DNA of 64,000 bases from a virus. Under the pieces are notes generated by a model. It did not search any database. It saw nothing but the letters and a program-made list of their open reading frames with translations, and was not told the origin of the DNA. The position numbers were made by a program, and so were the translations under genes. This document shows positions 1 to 9,477 of this stretch, one piece after another; within the stretch, counting starts at the first letter, position 1, and each line of letters opens with the position of its first letter. The stretch covers positions 32,001-96,000 of IMG/VR virus record IMGVR_UViG_3300021478_000016; one strand, given 5' to 3'.

Positions 1-3000
1 TGGCGGAGGTGGAGGCGGCAGCTCTACTGGTACGCCAGGGGCTGGTGCAGCCGGCGGCACCTACGGCGGAGGTGGCGGAGGTGGAGGCTCGGGAACAGGT
101 GGCTCGACGGCCGGAGGCGGTGGCCAAGGCCTCATCATCATCACGTACGTCCCGCGTACGGACATGGGTGCAACCAACGCCCCAGATGCTCTCAGTCCAT
201 CTCCCAACACTCCGGGGCCTCCTACAACCTTCGGCCCCTTCCGGTCGTTCGATCAACAACCTCTCGCGTACGGCCCATTCCAGGGAAAGAATCCTGTAGC
301 GCAGAACCCGGGTACTCAGTCGGGGCAGCTTCTGATTGCTCCGATGTCGAAGGTGGGGGTGCCGATCACGGTCGGCCCCTTCCGGTCATTCGATCAGGTC
401 CCTCTTTCCTATGGGCGAACACCGACACCCTATTCGGCATCCATCTCAGAGAGCATCACTGCACCCAGTGATTCTGTAAACCGATCTTTTATCGGTACGA
501 GAGGCATCTCGGAAAGCATTACTGCTCCGAGTGACGCCGTAAGCAGGTCTTTCATCGGTGCGAGAGGCATCTCGGAGAGCATCACGGCTCCGTCTGATGC
601 GGTGACTCAGGCAGATGCTTATGCGAGATCTCTTTCTGAGAGCATCACTGCTCCCACCGATGCGGTCTCTCGCGAATACGACGCGCTGAGAGCTCTCAGT
701 GAAAGCATCACTGCGCCCAGCGATTCCATCTCCAGAGCCTTTGTAGGATCTAGGAGTGTTGCGGAATCTATTGGAGCACCTAGCGACAGCGTTGCACAAG
801 CAGGAGTCTATGCGCGGTCTGTCCCTGAATCGATCTCCGCCCCCTCTGATTCTGTCAGCAGGGCTCTGTCAAGCACACGTGCGATCGCAGAGTCTATAGG
901 AGGACCCACTGACTCTGTCTCTAGGTCCGGAACCTTCAGCCGCGCCATCTTCGAAAGCATTGGCGGACCTACGGACTCCGTCACTCGAACAGGAACCTTC
1001 AGCCGGGCCATCTCGGAATCTGTTACGGCCCCCTCTGACTCTGTGTCGCGTGAGGCAGACTACCCTCGGGCGGTCTCGGAAAGTGTCTCGGCTCCAACAG
1101 ACGCCGTCAGCAGGTCCTTTGTTGGATCTAGGAGCGTCTCGGAGAGTGTGACGGCACCCAGTGACTCTGTGACGAGAGTTGCTGGCGATACCCGAGCTCT
1201 ATCCGAATCCATCACGGCTCCGACGGATAGTGTTGCACGGGTCGGGGCCTATACGAGATCGATCTCCGAGTCTGTTACTGCACCTTCTGACGCGGTCTCC
1301 CGACAGTTCACCGGGACTCGAGCCATCAGTGACAGCATCGCAGGACCGACGGATGCGATCGGCCGAGCCTTCATTGGGTTCAGAGCTGTTGCCGAGAGCA
1401 TTACAGCCCCAAGCGACAGCGTCGCTCGATCTCAGGGAACCTCGAGGAGTATCTCGGAGTCCATCACAGTACCGACGGACAGCATCTCTCGTCAGGTCTC
1501 CTACCCGAGAAGCATCTCCGAGAGCATCTCTGCCCCGACGGATAGCGTCGCGCGTCAGGTGGTCGAGTCTCGCAGCTTGGCGGAATCCATTACGGCCCCC
1601 ACTGATGCAGTGGCTCGCACCGTAACGTTTTCAAGGGCGATCTCCGAAAGCGTCCCAGCTCCAACGGATAGCGTCAGCCGAGCAGGAACCTTCGCTCGAT
1701 CTGTCTCGGAATCCGTTATCGCTCCGAGTGACTCCGTTGCGAGAAGCTTCGTTGGATCTAGGACCATCCCCGAGTCCATCACCGCCCCAACAGACAGCGT
1801 TGCACGCTCCGGAGTCTTCGCCAGAAGCGCCAACGAAAGCATCTCAGCACCCAGCGATAGCATCAGCCGACAGACCGCCGTGTCTCGAGCTGTCAGTGAA
1901 AGCGTCACTGCTCCTACCGATGCTGTCTCGAGACAGGGTGTCTTTGTCCGCGCCATAGCTGATTCGATCACTGCTCCAACCGACAGCGTGTCTCGTGGAG
2001 GCAATACAAACATCCCCGAGTCCATCACCGCTCCCACCGACTCCGTCGCTCGCGCTTTTGTTGGAGCTCGGGCACTCGCCGAAAGCATCTCGGCACCCAG
2101 CGACTCCGTTGCGAGGGAGTACGATGCCTCGAGGAGCATCTCGGAAACTGTTACGGCTCCTACGGATGCCATCTCCAGGGCTGTGACGAATGCTAGATCG
2201 ATGCCAGAGAACATCACCGCTCCGAGTGACTCCATCTCGAGAGCTTTTACAGGAACTCGAGCCATCGCAGAAGTCATCACTGCTCCCACCGATGCGGTCT
2301 CCAGGCTTCTTGTCGAGAGCAGGAGCATCTCGGAGTCGGTGGTTGCTCCCACTGATGCTGTAGCGCGTGCGTTTACCGGAACACGGAGTATCGCGGACTC
2401 GATCACTGCTCCCACCGACTCGGTTCAGCAAGTCTCTGGCGGAGCTCACCTCATCTCGGAATCCATCACCGCTCCTACGGACAGCGTTAGCCGAGCCTTC
2501 ATCGGGTCTCGTGGTCTGACCGAAAGCATCGTCGCACCCACTGACTCCGTCTCGAGAGTTGTGGGCTACGTGAGGTCGATCTCCGAAGTCATCGTGGCGC
2601 CTTCTGATGCCATCTCCAGACTCACCACAGACACTCGATCTATCTCGGAGAGCATCACGTTCCCAACCGACTCGGTCGCACGTCAGAGCACTGAGTCGCG
2701 GAACATCAGTGAGTCCATCACTCCGCCTATCGATGTGGTGCTGGAGATCGCCGGGTTCTTCCGGTTCATCAGCGAAGCGATTGCTGGTCCGACCGACGTC
2801 GTATCTACGTCCAAGGGACCCGGCAGACACATAAGCGAGTCCATCACGTCTCCCTTTGATGCGGTCGTGAGAACCGGGGTGTTCTTCAGGGCCATTCACG
2901 AGTCGATCACTTCGCCATTCGACTTCGTTCGTGCCATCTACATCCCGAAGAATCCCCTGCCGACTTCGATCACTGTCATCCACGGAGTCTCCCCAGGCGG

Positions 3001-3127
3001 TGGGAGCGGGCCTTCAATTGCCCAGCGAACTCCCTCCATCACCTCGGCCTCTCACCCTGCTACGAAGCCGAGCACCACTCCGCTCGGACCCCAGAACCAG
3101 GCCAGGCCCAAGAAGCCAGGACTGTGA
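1..3127 (+). CDS. Tail fibre/adhesin-like structural protein (5'-partial): Gly-rich domain followed by about 40 tandem 21-aa repeats
   Basis: The frame of ORF 164..3127 stays open back to nt 2 (GGGGGGSSTG...GGGGQGLIIITY), a Gly-rich motif typical of phage fibre proteins; then repeats of consensus ISESITAPxDxVxRxxxxxRx; Pro-rich C-terminus. Confidence 0.7.
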   Translation, partial: GGGGGGSSTGTPGAGAAGGTYGGGGGGGGSGTGGSTAGGGGQGLIIITYVPRTDMGATNAPDALSPSPNTPGPPTTFGPFRSFDQQPLAYGPFQGKNPVAQNPGTQSGQLLIAPMSKVGVPITVGPFRSFDQVPLSYGRTPTPYSASISESITAPSDSVNRSFIGTRGISESITAPSDAVSRSFIGARGISESITAPSDAVTQADAYARSLSESITAPTDAVSREYDALRALSESITAPSDSISRAFVGSRSVAESIGAPSDSVAQAGVYARSVPESISAPSDSVSRALSSTRAIAESIGGPTDSVSRSGTFSRAIFESIGGPTDSVTRTGTFSRAISESVTAPSDSVSREADYPRAVSESVSAPTDAVSRSFVGSRSVSESVTAPSDSVTRVAGDTRALSESITAPTDSVARVGAYTRSISESVTAPSDAVSRQFTGTRAISDSIAGPTDAIGRAFIGFRAVAESITAPSDSVARSQGTSRSISESITVPTDSISRQVSYPRSISESISAPTDSVARQVVESRSLAESITAPTDAVARTVTFSRAISESVPAPTDSVSRAGTFARSVSESVIAPSDSVARSFVGSRTIPESITAPTDSVARSGVFARSANESISAPSDSISRQTAVSRAVSESVTAPTDAVSRQGVFVRAIADSITAPTDSVSRGGNTNIPESITAPTDSVARAFVGARALAESISAPSDSVAREYDASRSISETVTAPTDAISRAVTNARSMPENITAPSDSISRAFTGTRAIAEVITAPTDAVSRLLVESRSISESVVAPTDAVARAFTGTRSIADSITAPTDSVQQVSGGAHLISESITAPTDSVSRAFIGSRGLTESIVAPTDSVSRVVGYVRSISEVIVAPSDAISRLTTDTRSISESITFPTDSVARQSTESRNISESITPPIDVVLEIAGFFRFISEAIAGPTDVVSTSKGPGRHISESITSPFDAVVRTGVFFRAIHESITSPFDFVRAIYIPKNPLPTSITVIHGVSPGGGSGPSIAQRTPSITSASHPATKPSTTPLGPQNQARPKKPGL
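443..2956 (+). repeat. Coding tandem repeat, 63-nt/21-aa period, about 40 copies
   Basis: Counted by eye in the translation; one 19-aa unit (IADSITAPTDSVSRGGNTN); DNA copies are synonymously diverged. Confidence 0.95.
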
Positions 3128-3305
3128 ACTGCGGTTCACGGCTCCCAGGAGCCTGTAGGAGCGTCTGGCGTCGGAGGGGTCACCGACCTACGGAGTTGGG
3201 TCGGTCGGCAGCTCCTGGACCCCGTCCTGTGGCGGGACCGCGGGTTCCCATCCCTCTGGCCAAGGCGTAGGGTTAGGGGGTCAATCCCCTCTGCCAGGCA
3301 GAGGG
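3123..3305. ncRNA. Candidate structured RNA / 5' leader
   Basis: Intergenic stretch almost fully covered by stems: GTGAAC/GTTCAC, GGCTC/GAGCC, AGGAGC/GCTCCT enclosing ACCGACC/GGTCGGT, CCCGTC/GGCGGG, CCCTCTGCC/GGCAGAGGG. Confidence 0.35.
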
Positions 3306-3319
3306 CTAGGAGGAACGTC

Positions 3320-4147
3320 ATGCTCGTAGCCGTCGTCGACAAGACCACGAGTGGCCGCTTCGCTGCTGGCCAGGTCGCTTTCATCTGCCAGGGCCTCACG
3401 ATGCACTTCGCGCAGCACGTGGCTCCGGCGCTGAATCTGGCGCCGTGGCAGATTCGCTACTTCCCGAGCGGCATCGTGCCGAGCGCGTCGCGGGTCATGC
3501 TCCTGGTGGACCATGCCGGCGTTCAAGGCGCTGCTGGGTACCACGACGAGAGCGGGAAGGGCATTCCTGAGGCGTACATCTCCGTCGAGGACTGCATCGC
3601 TGCGGGCTACTCGGTCAACGGCGGTCCCAATTCCGTCGCGACGGTCATCGACCACGAGTTCCTCGAGTTGGCCTTCGACCAGTCGACGACCAGCTACTTC
3701 GACCGCGGGGACGGAACGGAGATCGCTGGTGAGGTGAGCGACCCCTGCGAGAACCAGGGAGAGGCCTTGCTGCTCAACGGTCAGAAGGTCTGGTGCTCGG
3801 ACTTCGTGTACCTGTCCTACTTCGACATCCACGGTCTGGGCCAGCAGGTGTTCAACTGGCTGGGCGGCATCACCAAGCCGTTCCAGATCCTCCCAGGCGG
3901 GTACGCGATCATTCGTGATGCTCAGGGCAACGTCAACCCCGTCTACGGCGAGAAGTTCCCCGACTTCAAGAAGACCTGGAAGGAGCGCGAGGGTTCGCAC
4001 CTTTCCCAGCGTCGCAAGAACAACTCTCCCCGGATTCCGTCCCCGGCCTCTTCGAAGCCGACGGACCCCCCTCCCCCGTCGCCTCCGCCGGCCGATGACG
4101 AGACTGCCCCGGAGGCTCATGAGGAGGGCGAGGGAGAACAGACATGA
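3320..4147 (+). CDS. Putative zinc metallopeptidase-like protein (HExxE, Phi-1/EXORDIUM-like motifs)
   Basis: AGGAGG RBS; motifs GAAGYHD, TVIDHEFLELAFD, GEVSDPCE; Pro/acidic tail. Confidence 0.6.
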   Translation: MLVAVVDKTTSGRFAAGQVAFICQGLTMHFAQHVAPALNLAPWQIRYFPSGIVPSASRVMLLVDHAGVQGAAGYHDESGKGIPEAYISVEDCIAAGYSVNGGPNSVATVIDHEFLELAFDQSTTSYFDRGDGTEIAGEVSDPCENQGEALLLNGQKVWCSDFVYLSYFDIHGLGQQVFNWLGGITKPFQILPGGYAIIRDAQGNVNPVYGEKFPDFKKTWKEREGSHLSQRRKNNSPRIPSPASSKPTDPPPPSPPPADDETAPEAHEEGEGEQT

Positions 4148-4359
4148 TCTCCTTCTCCGCCTTCGTGGACGAGTACTGCAAGATCGCCGGGCTCCCTCCG
4201 CCGCTACCGGCTGCCGCCAAGATGATGCAGGCCGCACCAGCAGCAGCGAAGATGCTGCCGAAGCCGAAGCTGTACGGCCAAGAGGGGTTCAACGCGCTCA
4301 TGCAGGGCACGCGCTCCGCCAAGGCCAACCCGTTCCAGGCGCTCGCAGGGCAGCCGTAG
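4144..4359 (+). CDS. Small putative virion protein with AFVDEYCKIA motif
   Basis: ATGA overlap with upstream stop; N-terminal motif shared with 25624..26331 and 53154..54041. Confidence 0.65.
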   Translation: MISFSAFVDEYCKIAGLPPPLPAAAKMMQAAPAAAKMLPKPKLYGQEGFNALMQGTRSAKANPFQALAGQP

Positions 4360-4373
4360 ATCACGGGGCTAAA

Positions 4374-4404
4374 AAGAAGGGGAGCCAAGTAGGCTCCCCT
4401 TCTT
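4374..4404. terminator. Hairpin between convergent genes, probable terminator
   Basis: Perfect 13-bp inverted repeat AAGAAGGGGAGCC-aagta-GGCTCCCCTTCTT; T-run follows on the minus strand. Confidence 0.8.
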
Positions 4405-5006
4405 CACGCCTTCTTGTTGTAGACGATCGCGTCCGGCGGAAACTCGACCACCGATTCCGGCTCATCATCGTCAAACCACGCCGCTGCCACGATGACGAGT
4501 GCGTGTCGTCCGTGGAGCATGAGCGGGTGAATCTCCGACCGGCGCGCATCGGAGATGGAGAGCTTGCTGCCATCTGTAGCCGTCATGCTCATCTTCTTCG
4601 GTACAGTTCGCGCTAGGACGGCATCCGGGTCTTCCCAGCCGGCGAGAGCTCGAGCGAGCACGGACTTGCTGAAGTAGGCGCCGTCCAGCCGGACGTGCCC
4701 GTTGTCGACCTTCCCGGACCAGAAGGCAGCCCCTGCGAGCTCTTTGAGCAGCAGGGCGTCGAGCTTGCCCTTGAAGACCGTGCCTCCATACAGGTCCTTC
4801 ATCGTGTCGAAGAACCCGGTGAGATACGGCTCCGTACACCGAAGACGTTCACAGTCCTCTCGACTGCATGGGACTCGTACGATCGCGCTCTTGTCCGTCG
4901 CGTAGAGGACGTACGTCCCAGGCATCTCCGTTGCCGAGAAGGGAACGTTCGGTGTCGGAGCTTGGTTGTTCTTGGCCAGTAGTGTGAGCCATTCGATCTT
5001 GTCCAT
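4404..5006 (-). CDS. Hypothetical protein
   Basis: 200-aa ORF with genome-typical codon usage, last gene of the minus-strand block. Confidence 0.65.
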   Translation of the reverse strand: MDKIEWLTLLAKNNQAPTPNVPFSATEMPGTYVLYATDKSAIVRVPCSREDCERLRCTEPYLTGFFDTMKDLYGGTVFKGKLDALLLKELAGAAFWSGKVDNGHVRLDGAYFSKSVLARALAGWEDPDAVLARTVPKKMSMTATDGSKLSISDARRSEIHPLMLHGRHALVIVAAAWFDDDEPESVVEFPPDAIVYNKKA

Positions 5007-5007
5007 A

Positions 5008-5038
5008 GAAGAAAGGCCGGGGTTCGCAGCCCCGGCCT
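5008..5038 (-). terminator. Rho-independent terminator
   Basis: AGGCCGGGG/CCCCGGCCT stem followed by TTTCTTCT on the minus strand. Confidence 0.75.
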
Positions 5039-5084
5039 CCTCACTCGTCCTCAGCCCAGACGGTCCCGGGCCAGGGATCGACTT

Positions 5085-5708
5085 CTACTTCGCCTTCGCT
5101 TTTCCCAGGGCGGTGGAGATGACGTTGATGACGTTCTGCGTCTCCTCGATGGCGAAGTTCAGGACCTCCTCGCGGTCGGGGGCGACGGTCTTCTCGGCGA
5201 CGAGCAGCAGCGTGGAGATGTTGATGCCCGCGAGGGACCTGAGCTCGGCGACCTGGCTGTGGAGCTCCACGAGGTTCGCCATGATGGTCTTGTCGTTCTC
5301 GAGGCTCTGCTGGAGAGCCTTCATGAACGGCGAGAGGTCGAGGTTGCCGGCCGGAGCCACTGTCTGAGCTGCGGGCGACTCGGTCTTGGTGACCGGGGTC
5401 CGCTGGAGCTTGCCCGCGGCCCCGTTGGTTGCCGGCGCCGCTGCGGGCGCGGTCTGCTGCGGGGCCGCTGCCGCAGGTGCTCCGCCCTGCGCGTCGAGCG
5501 CCTTGAGGGCGGTGAGGATGGCGTTCGCCTGCTCGTCGGTGCTCATGCCCAGGAACGCCGACTTGCGCTGGATGCTGGCCTCGTCCTCGCCCTTCGAGAT
5601 GATGTCGAGCTCCTGGGCGAGGGTGCGGAGGCCGAAGCGCCCCATCTTCTTCAGCACCTCGAAGTCGCGGGGGGCGGTCTGCGCGGTGGGCTGTGCGATC
5701 GATGTCAT
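5085..5708 (-). CDS. Hypothetical protein (Ala/Pro linker, C-terminal coiled coil)
   Basis: 207-aa ORF, AGGAGA RBS, strong codon bias. Confidence 0.75.
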   Translation of the reverse strand: MTSIAQPTAQTAPRDFEVLKKMGRFGLRTLAQELDIISKGEDEASIQRKSAFLGMSTDEQANAILTALKALDAQGGAPAAAAPQQTAPAAAPATNGAAGKLQRTPVTKTESPAAQTVAPAGNLDLSPFMKALQQSLENDKTIMANLVELHSQVAELRSLAGINISTLLLVAEKTVAPDREEVLNFAIEETQNVINVISTALGKAKAK

Positions 5709-6061
5709 GTCCTTGTTCTCCTAGCGAGGATGTACGGTTCACACGGTTCGTTGCCTACCAAGCACGCGAACACCTGTGTGTCGACGCACTTGTAGCAGGG
5801 TCTTGGGTCGTTCGGGTCTTTGGCTGGGCAGGTGAGCTGGCTCTGGAGCTTCGGGCGGAAGTCATCGACGAAGCGCTTGATCGCATCGCGATAGTCATCC
5901 ACTGGATGTCCAACCTGCTGGTCTTCCTCCAGCCCCTCGAGGATGGCAACGAGCTTCTCACGGGGGTACGAAGGAAGAACGTGCAGCCCAGCCCTGCGAC
6001 AGAGCTGGTAGAGCTCCGTATAGTTGCACAGATCCCAGTCAAAACCGGACGAGGTTGTCAA
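5705..6061 (-). CDS. Hypothetical Cys-containing protein
   Basis: Likely TTG start after GGAGGAG; helical N-terminus (YTELYQLCRRAGL) and C-terminal Cys cluster (CPAK..PCYKC..AC). Confidence 0.6.
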   Translation of the reverse strand: MTTSSGFDWDLCNYTELYQLCRRAGLHVLPSYPREKLVAILEGLEEDQQVGHPVDDYRDAIKRFVDDFRPKLQSQLTCPAKDPNDPRPCYKCVDTQVFACLVGNEPCEPYILARRTRT

Positions 6062-6464
6062 TCGGTAGCTCCTCCTTCTCCATGTCCCAGATGAAGCACT
6101 CGGTCCTCTCGTCGCCCTGCCGCTTCTCGATGGTCCAGATGAAGAACTGGGAGTCATCGATGCCGCAGGCGTCCTTCAAGCAGTCCTCGAAGAGCTTGAG
6201 GCGATTGCTCGTGTCGAGTCTCTTGTACCGCGTCTGGGCCCCTTCTTTGTTCATGACCGCTTCGAAGTAGAACCTGACGTAGCAGAAGTACTTCGTGTCG
6301 GGAAGGATCTGTTTCAGCTCAGACGGGTAGTTCTGAGCCAGGAAGGCCGTGGTCTCGGTCTTGTACTTCCTACCCTCGGTCGAGAGCGCCCGCCCTCCCC
6401 CACGGACGTTGATGTAGGCCCTGTTGGAGGACGGGGGGAGGGACAGAACGCAGACCTCGATCAT
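6039..6464 (-). CDS. rusA: RusA-family Holliday junction resolvase
   Basis: PPSSN N-terminus; DTSNRLKLFED and GIDDSQ catalytic motifs. Confidence 0.85.
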   Translation of the reverse strand: MIEVCVLSLPPSSNRAYINVRGGGRALSTEGRKYKTETTAFLAQNYPSELKQILPDTKYFCYVRFYFEAVMNKEGAQTRYKRLDTSNRLKLFEDCLKDACGIDDSQFFIWTIEKRQGDERTECFIWDMEKEELPIDNLVRF

Positions 6465-7084
6465 CGCCGTTGCCCACCCATCGGTCGAGGCTGTATGCGA
6501 TTCCGCATCCCGTTCTCGCCGAACTGACCCTCGAGGGCGAGACGGCGGATCTCGATCTGCCTAGAGATGACCTTCATGTTCCGACTCGCGATGTCGCTGA
6601 TTGCCTCGAGACTGAGCTTGTACTGCTTCAGCTTCTGCGCCTCGAGCAGAGCCTCCTGGTAGATGGGATCGTCCAGCACCTCGACGTCCATCTCCGCCTC
6701 CTTCAGCCGCTCCTCCTTCGGCCGGAGCTTGTTCGTCTCCTTGAGGCGCTTGCGGATACGGGCGTCGATCAGCTTCATCTGGTTCTCGGCCTGGAGAAGA
6801 CCTGAGATGATTTCCGCCAGGGTTGGCGTCAGGTAGTTGAACCAGGCGAGTTGGTTGGCGTACATGTCCGTGTACGCTCGCTCGTCGGTGGTGGACAACA
6901 TCTCGCCGGTGACTTCGGCGAGAGTGGTGTTTGGTTGTGAGGGCTTGTGCAGACCCATCTTCTTCAGGTCCTCGTCCACGGAGGGCTGCGTGTTGAACTT
7001 CTCGAGGATGGCCTCGAGCTCGGTCATCGAGACACCGAGGGACACCGGTGTCGCCAGGCCGCCCGTGCTGGGTGTTCGTTCCAT
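6461..7084 (-). CDS. Coiled-coil protein, possibly a UvsY-like recombination mediator
   Basis: Helical charged sequence (LDDPIYQEALLEAQKLKQ...ISRQIEIRR) in a RecA-containing block; start could be 7027. Confidence 0.45.
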   Translation of the reverse strand: MERTPSTGGLATPVSLGVSMTELEAILEKFNTQPSVDEDLKKMGLHKPSQPNTTLAEVTGEMLSTTDERAYTDMYANQLAWFNYLTPTLAEIISGLLQAENQMKLIDARIRKRLKETNKLRPKEERLKEAEMDVEVLDDPIYQEALLEAQKLKQYKLSLEAISDIASRNMKVISRQIEIRRLALEGQFGENGMRNRIQPRPMGGQRR

Positions 7085-7086
7085 CG

Positions 7087-7788
7087 CTACCCCTTCATGG
7101 CGTACTCGAGATGCATCTGGAGTGCCTCGAGGGTGGAGTTGTTGTCGAAGATGAGGTCGAAGTACTCGTCCGGCACTTCGAGCTGCTCGGTCTCGCTGTT
7201 GTGCTTCGCCATGGCCCCCTTCAGTCCAGAGCCCGCACGCTTGATGCGCCAGAGCTTCCCACCGTTCGCGCGGATCGCCTCCATCTCGTTCTTGTAGCGG
7301 ATGTCGGGAACCGCCACGATCTCGTACCAGGCATGCTTCGGGAGAGCCATCTCCCAGAGAACACCTGATGGGGCCTTGTACGAGAACCCTCGACTCAAGA
7401 TGGCGACGGCATTGCCCAGCAAGATCTCGACCCACGTGTCGAGGTAGTTGTTCCGCCCCCACTCGGTGCCGAGCATCTGGAGGGCGTATCGCGGCGTGAG
7501 GTAGCACTGCGGTGCCTCAACGTCGTTCTTTTCGCCACAGCATGCGCACTCGCGCAAGATCTCCTCACCTTTGGTGAAGACGTGATTCTTGCGTGGGTAC
7601 TCCAGGATCTTCTCGTTGCGCTTCTCGCTCGGCCCCCAGAGATGCTCGATGGTCATCGCCGGGTAGACCTTGCGAGTGAGGCGCTTCATCTCGTCGGCCA
7701 AGGCTACCTTCACGGACTTGAACGGAGAGAGCATGTCGGCGAGCGTGTCTTTTCCTGACTTGGAGACGCCGTTGATTCCGATGAGCAT
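7087..7788 (-). CDS. Deoxynucleoside monophosphate kinase (T4 gp1-like)
   Basis: IGINGVSKSGKDT P-loop, TPRYALQMLGTEWGR, PDIRYKNE, HNSE, NNSTLEAL. Confidence 0.9.
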   Translation of the reverse strand: MLIGINGVSKSGKDTLADMLSPFKSVKVALADEMKRLTRKVYPAMTIEHLWGPSEKRNEKILEYPRKNHVFTKGEEILRECACCGEKNDVEAPQCYLTPRYALQMLGTEWGRNNYLDTWVEILLGNAVAILSRGFSYKAPSGVLWEMALPKHAWYEIVAVPDIRYKNEMEAIRANGGKLWRIKRAGSGLKGAMAKHNSETEQLEVPDEYFDLIFDNNSTLEALQMHLEYAMKG

Positions 7789-7806
7789 GATGCCTCCTTG
7801 AGGGAT

Positions 7807-7833
7807 GGCTGCCCGGCACGATGCCGGGCAGCC
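7807..7833. other. 12-bp hairpin upstream of the dNMP kinase gene
   Basis: GGCTGCCCGGCA-cga-TGCCGGGCAGCC; no U-tract on the coding (minus) strand. Confidence 0.6.
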
Positions 7834-7841
7834 GATCTCTT

Positions 7842-8243
7842 TTACCGCCGCGTGGCGGCCATCTTGTACGCGGCGTTGCTGGTCGCGAAGTTCTGCTTCC
7901 AGGTCCAGTCGTCCATCACGTAGTGCCGAAACTCCTGCTCGGAGACGTACACCTCGTCCTTGGTGCAGTACTCGAGCATCAGGATGACACGGTTGTAGTC
8001 GCCCTCGTGACTCTCCGGCTCTTCGAAGGGCACCATCCGCTCGGTGTCCTTGCCGTCCTTGGCCAGGGAGAGTTGAAACTCGAAGTGCCGGATGAGGGCC
8101 TTCTTGTGATCCTCGACGGCCTCGGCGTACTCCTCGAGGTGCTTCTGAAGGCTCTTCCTGAGGGTCTCCTCGAGCTTCTTCTTGTTGACGCTGATGATAC
8201 TGCCCTTGATCTGCGTGGGGTCGATTGCCTCTCCGACGAGCAT
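7842..8243 (-). CDS. Hypothetical protein
   Basis: AAGGAG RBS before MLVGEA; alternative start 8336. Confidence 0.65.
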   Translation of the reverse strand: MLVGEAIDPTQIKGSIISVNKKKLEETLRKSLQKHLEEYAEAVEDHKKALIRHFEFQLSLAKDGKDTERMVPFEEPESHEGDYNRVILMLEYCTKDEVYVSEQEFRHYVMDDWTWKQNFATSNAAYKMAATRR

Positions 8244-8332
8244 GTTTCCACTCCTTCTTCGAACCGCTGCGTTGAGTGCGTACTTCTCTTCGAGGTGAGC
8301 CAGTTCCTGCCTGATGGCTTCCTGGCCAGGTC

Positions 8333-9475
8333 TCATGCTGCCTGCTGGAGCTTCGGCATCTCGGGCAACAGACGGCCGGCGACCTTCTGAAGCTCGATCT
8401 TGCGCTCCTCGTTCTCGACCTCGCCGGCGAGCCAGGAGATGGCGTTGCTCATGCGCCACATGCTGTTGCCGGCAGGGAGCAGCTCGACGTCGGGCTCGTT
8501 GAACTTCTTGTTGGCCCTCTCGATCTCCTCCTTGGTCATGTACTTCTTGAGGAGCTCGACGACATTCTTGCGGCGATCGTCGGTGAGTTCCTGCTCGGCG
8601 GCCTTGCGGATGACCCCCTGCATCGTCTCGATGCGCGACGTGTCGAGGTTGGCCCGGACGACGTCTTGGAGCGCCGAGACTGTGGTCTTCTGGTCCAGGT
8701 CGTACGTCTCCTGCGAGTACTCGACCTCCTCGTCGAGCCTCTTGCCGAGATGGACTCGACGCATCGGGTCGCCGCCGATGGCCCCGTTGCGGCACCGCAG
8801 CCGCAGCAGGAAGGAGACGACGTTCAGAGCGCCGTTGCCGAAGTCGCTGTTCTCGAAGTTGACTCCGTAGGCCATGTACTCGCCCGGGATGGGCTCGTAG
8901 ACCTTGGGGATGATGGCCTGGAGCGCCACCTTCGTGTCGCAGACGTAGCCCTCGAAAGGCAGCGCGCCGACCTCAGCGCAGACGCGGGCGAAGGCATCGA
9001 CGAGAGGACGGGAGTCCAGGCGACGGTACCGGTCGGAGAGAAAGCCGCGGACCTCGGTGCCGACGGACCGGAGCAGGGCCTTCTCGTCCACGTGATGGAA
9101 GATCTCGGTGAAGTTCTCTGCGAGGAGCTCACGACCCCAGTCGGTTCCCATGAGCTTGTCGGCGAAGGCCATCGGGATGCCGGCCTTCGTCGCCGCCTGC
9201 TGGAGCGCGTTGCGGTGCAGGAGTTCGTACGTCGTCTCGCGTTTGTCCTTGGTGCCGGGCAGCTTCACGACGAGACGTTGCTGCTGCTCGTCGACCTTGA
9301 AGACCAGCTTGGGGATCTTCACGATGCGGTCGACCGGCTGAAGCGACTGCACGTACTCGACCACCTGCTTCGCACGCAGGCGACCGTAATTGATGAGCTC
9401 CTCGATCCTCGCCTTGGCGTATGCTTCCACGTTCGGGAAGTCGGTGATTCTCAGCCTAGATCTGAATGGATCCAT
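8333..9475 (-). CDS. DUF932-like phage protein
   Basis: GGAGG RBS; motifs RGFLSDRYRRLD, NSDFGNGA, RLRCRNG, RRVHLG. Confidence 0.7.
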   Translation of the reverse strand: MDPFRSRLRITDFPNVEAYAKARIEELINYGRLRAKQVVEYVQSLQPVDRIVKIPKLVFKVDEQQQRLVVKLPGTKDKRETTYELLHRNALQQAATKAGIPMAFADKLMGTDWGRELLAENFTEIFHHVDEKALLRSVGTEVRGFLSDRYRRLDSRPLVDAFARVCAEVGALPFEGYVCDTKVALQAIIPKVYEPIPGEYMAYGVNFENSDFGNGALNVVSFLLRLRCRNGAIGGDPMRRVHLGKRLDEEVEYSQETYDLDQKTTVSALQDVVRANLDTSRIETMQGVIRKAAEQELTDDRRKNVVELLKKYMTKEEIERANKKFNEPDVELLPAGNSMWRMSNAISWLAGEVENEERKIELQKVAGRLLPEMPKLQQAA

Positions 9476-9477
9476 GT

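Noticed and set aside
443-2956. Regular 63-nt periodicity as a CRISPR array
   Set aside because: Conservation is at the amino-acid level within one open frame; there are no invariant DNA repeats with unique spacers
3210-3250. HDV-like ribozyme
   Set aside because: Could not place the P1/P3 nested pseudoknot or the catalytic C-GAA junction; kept only as an unclassified structured element
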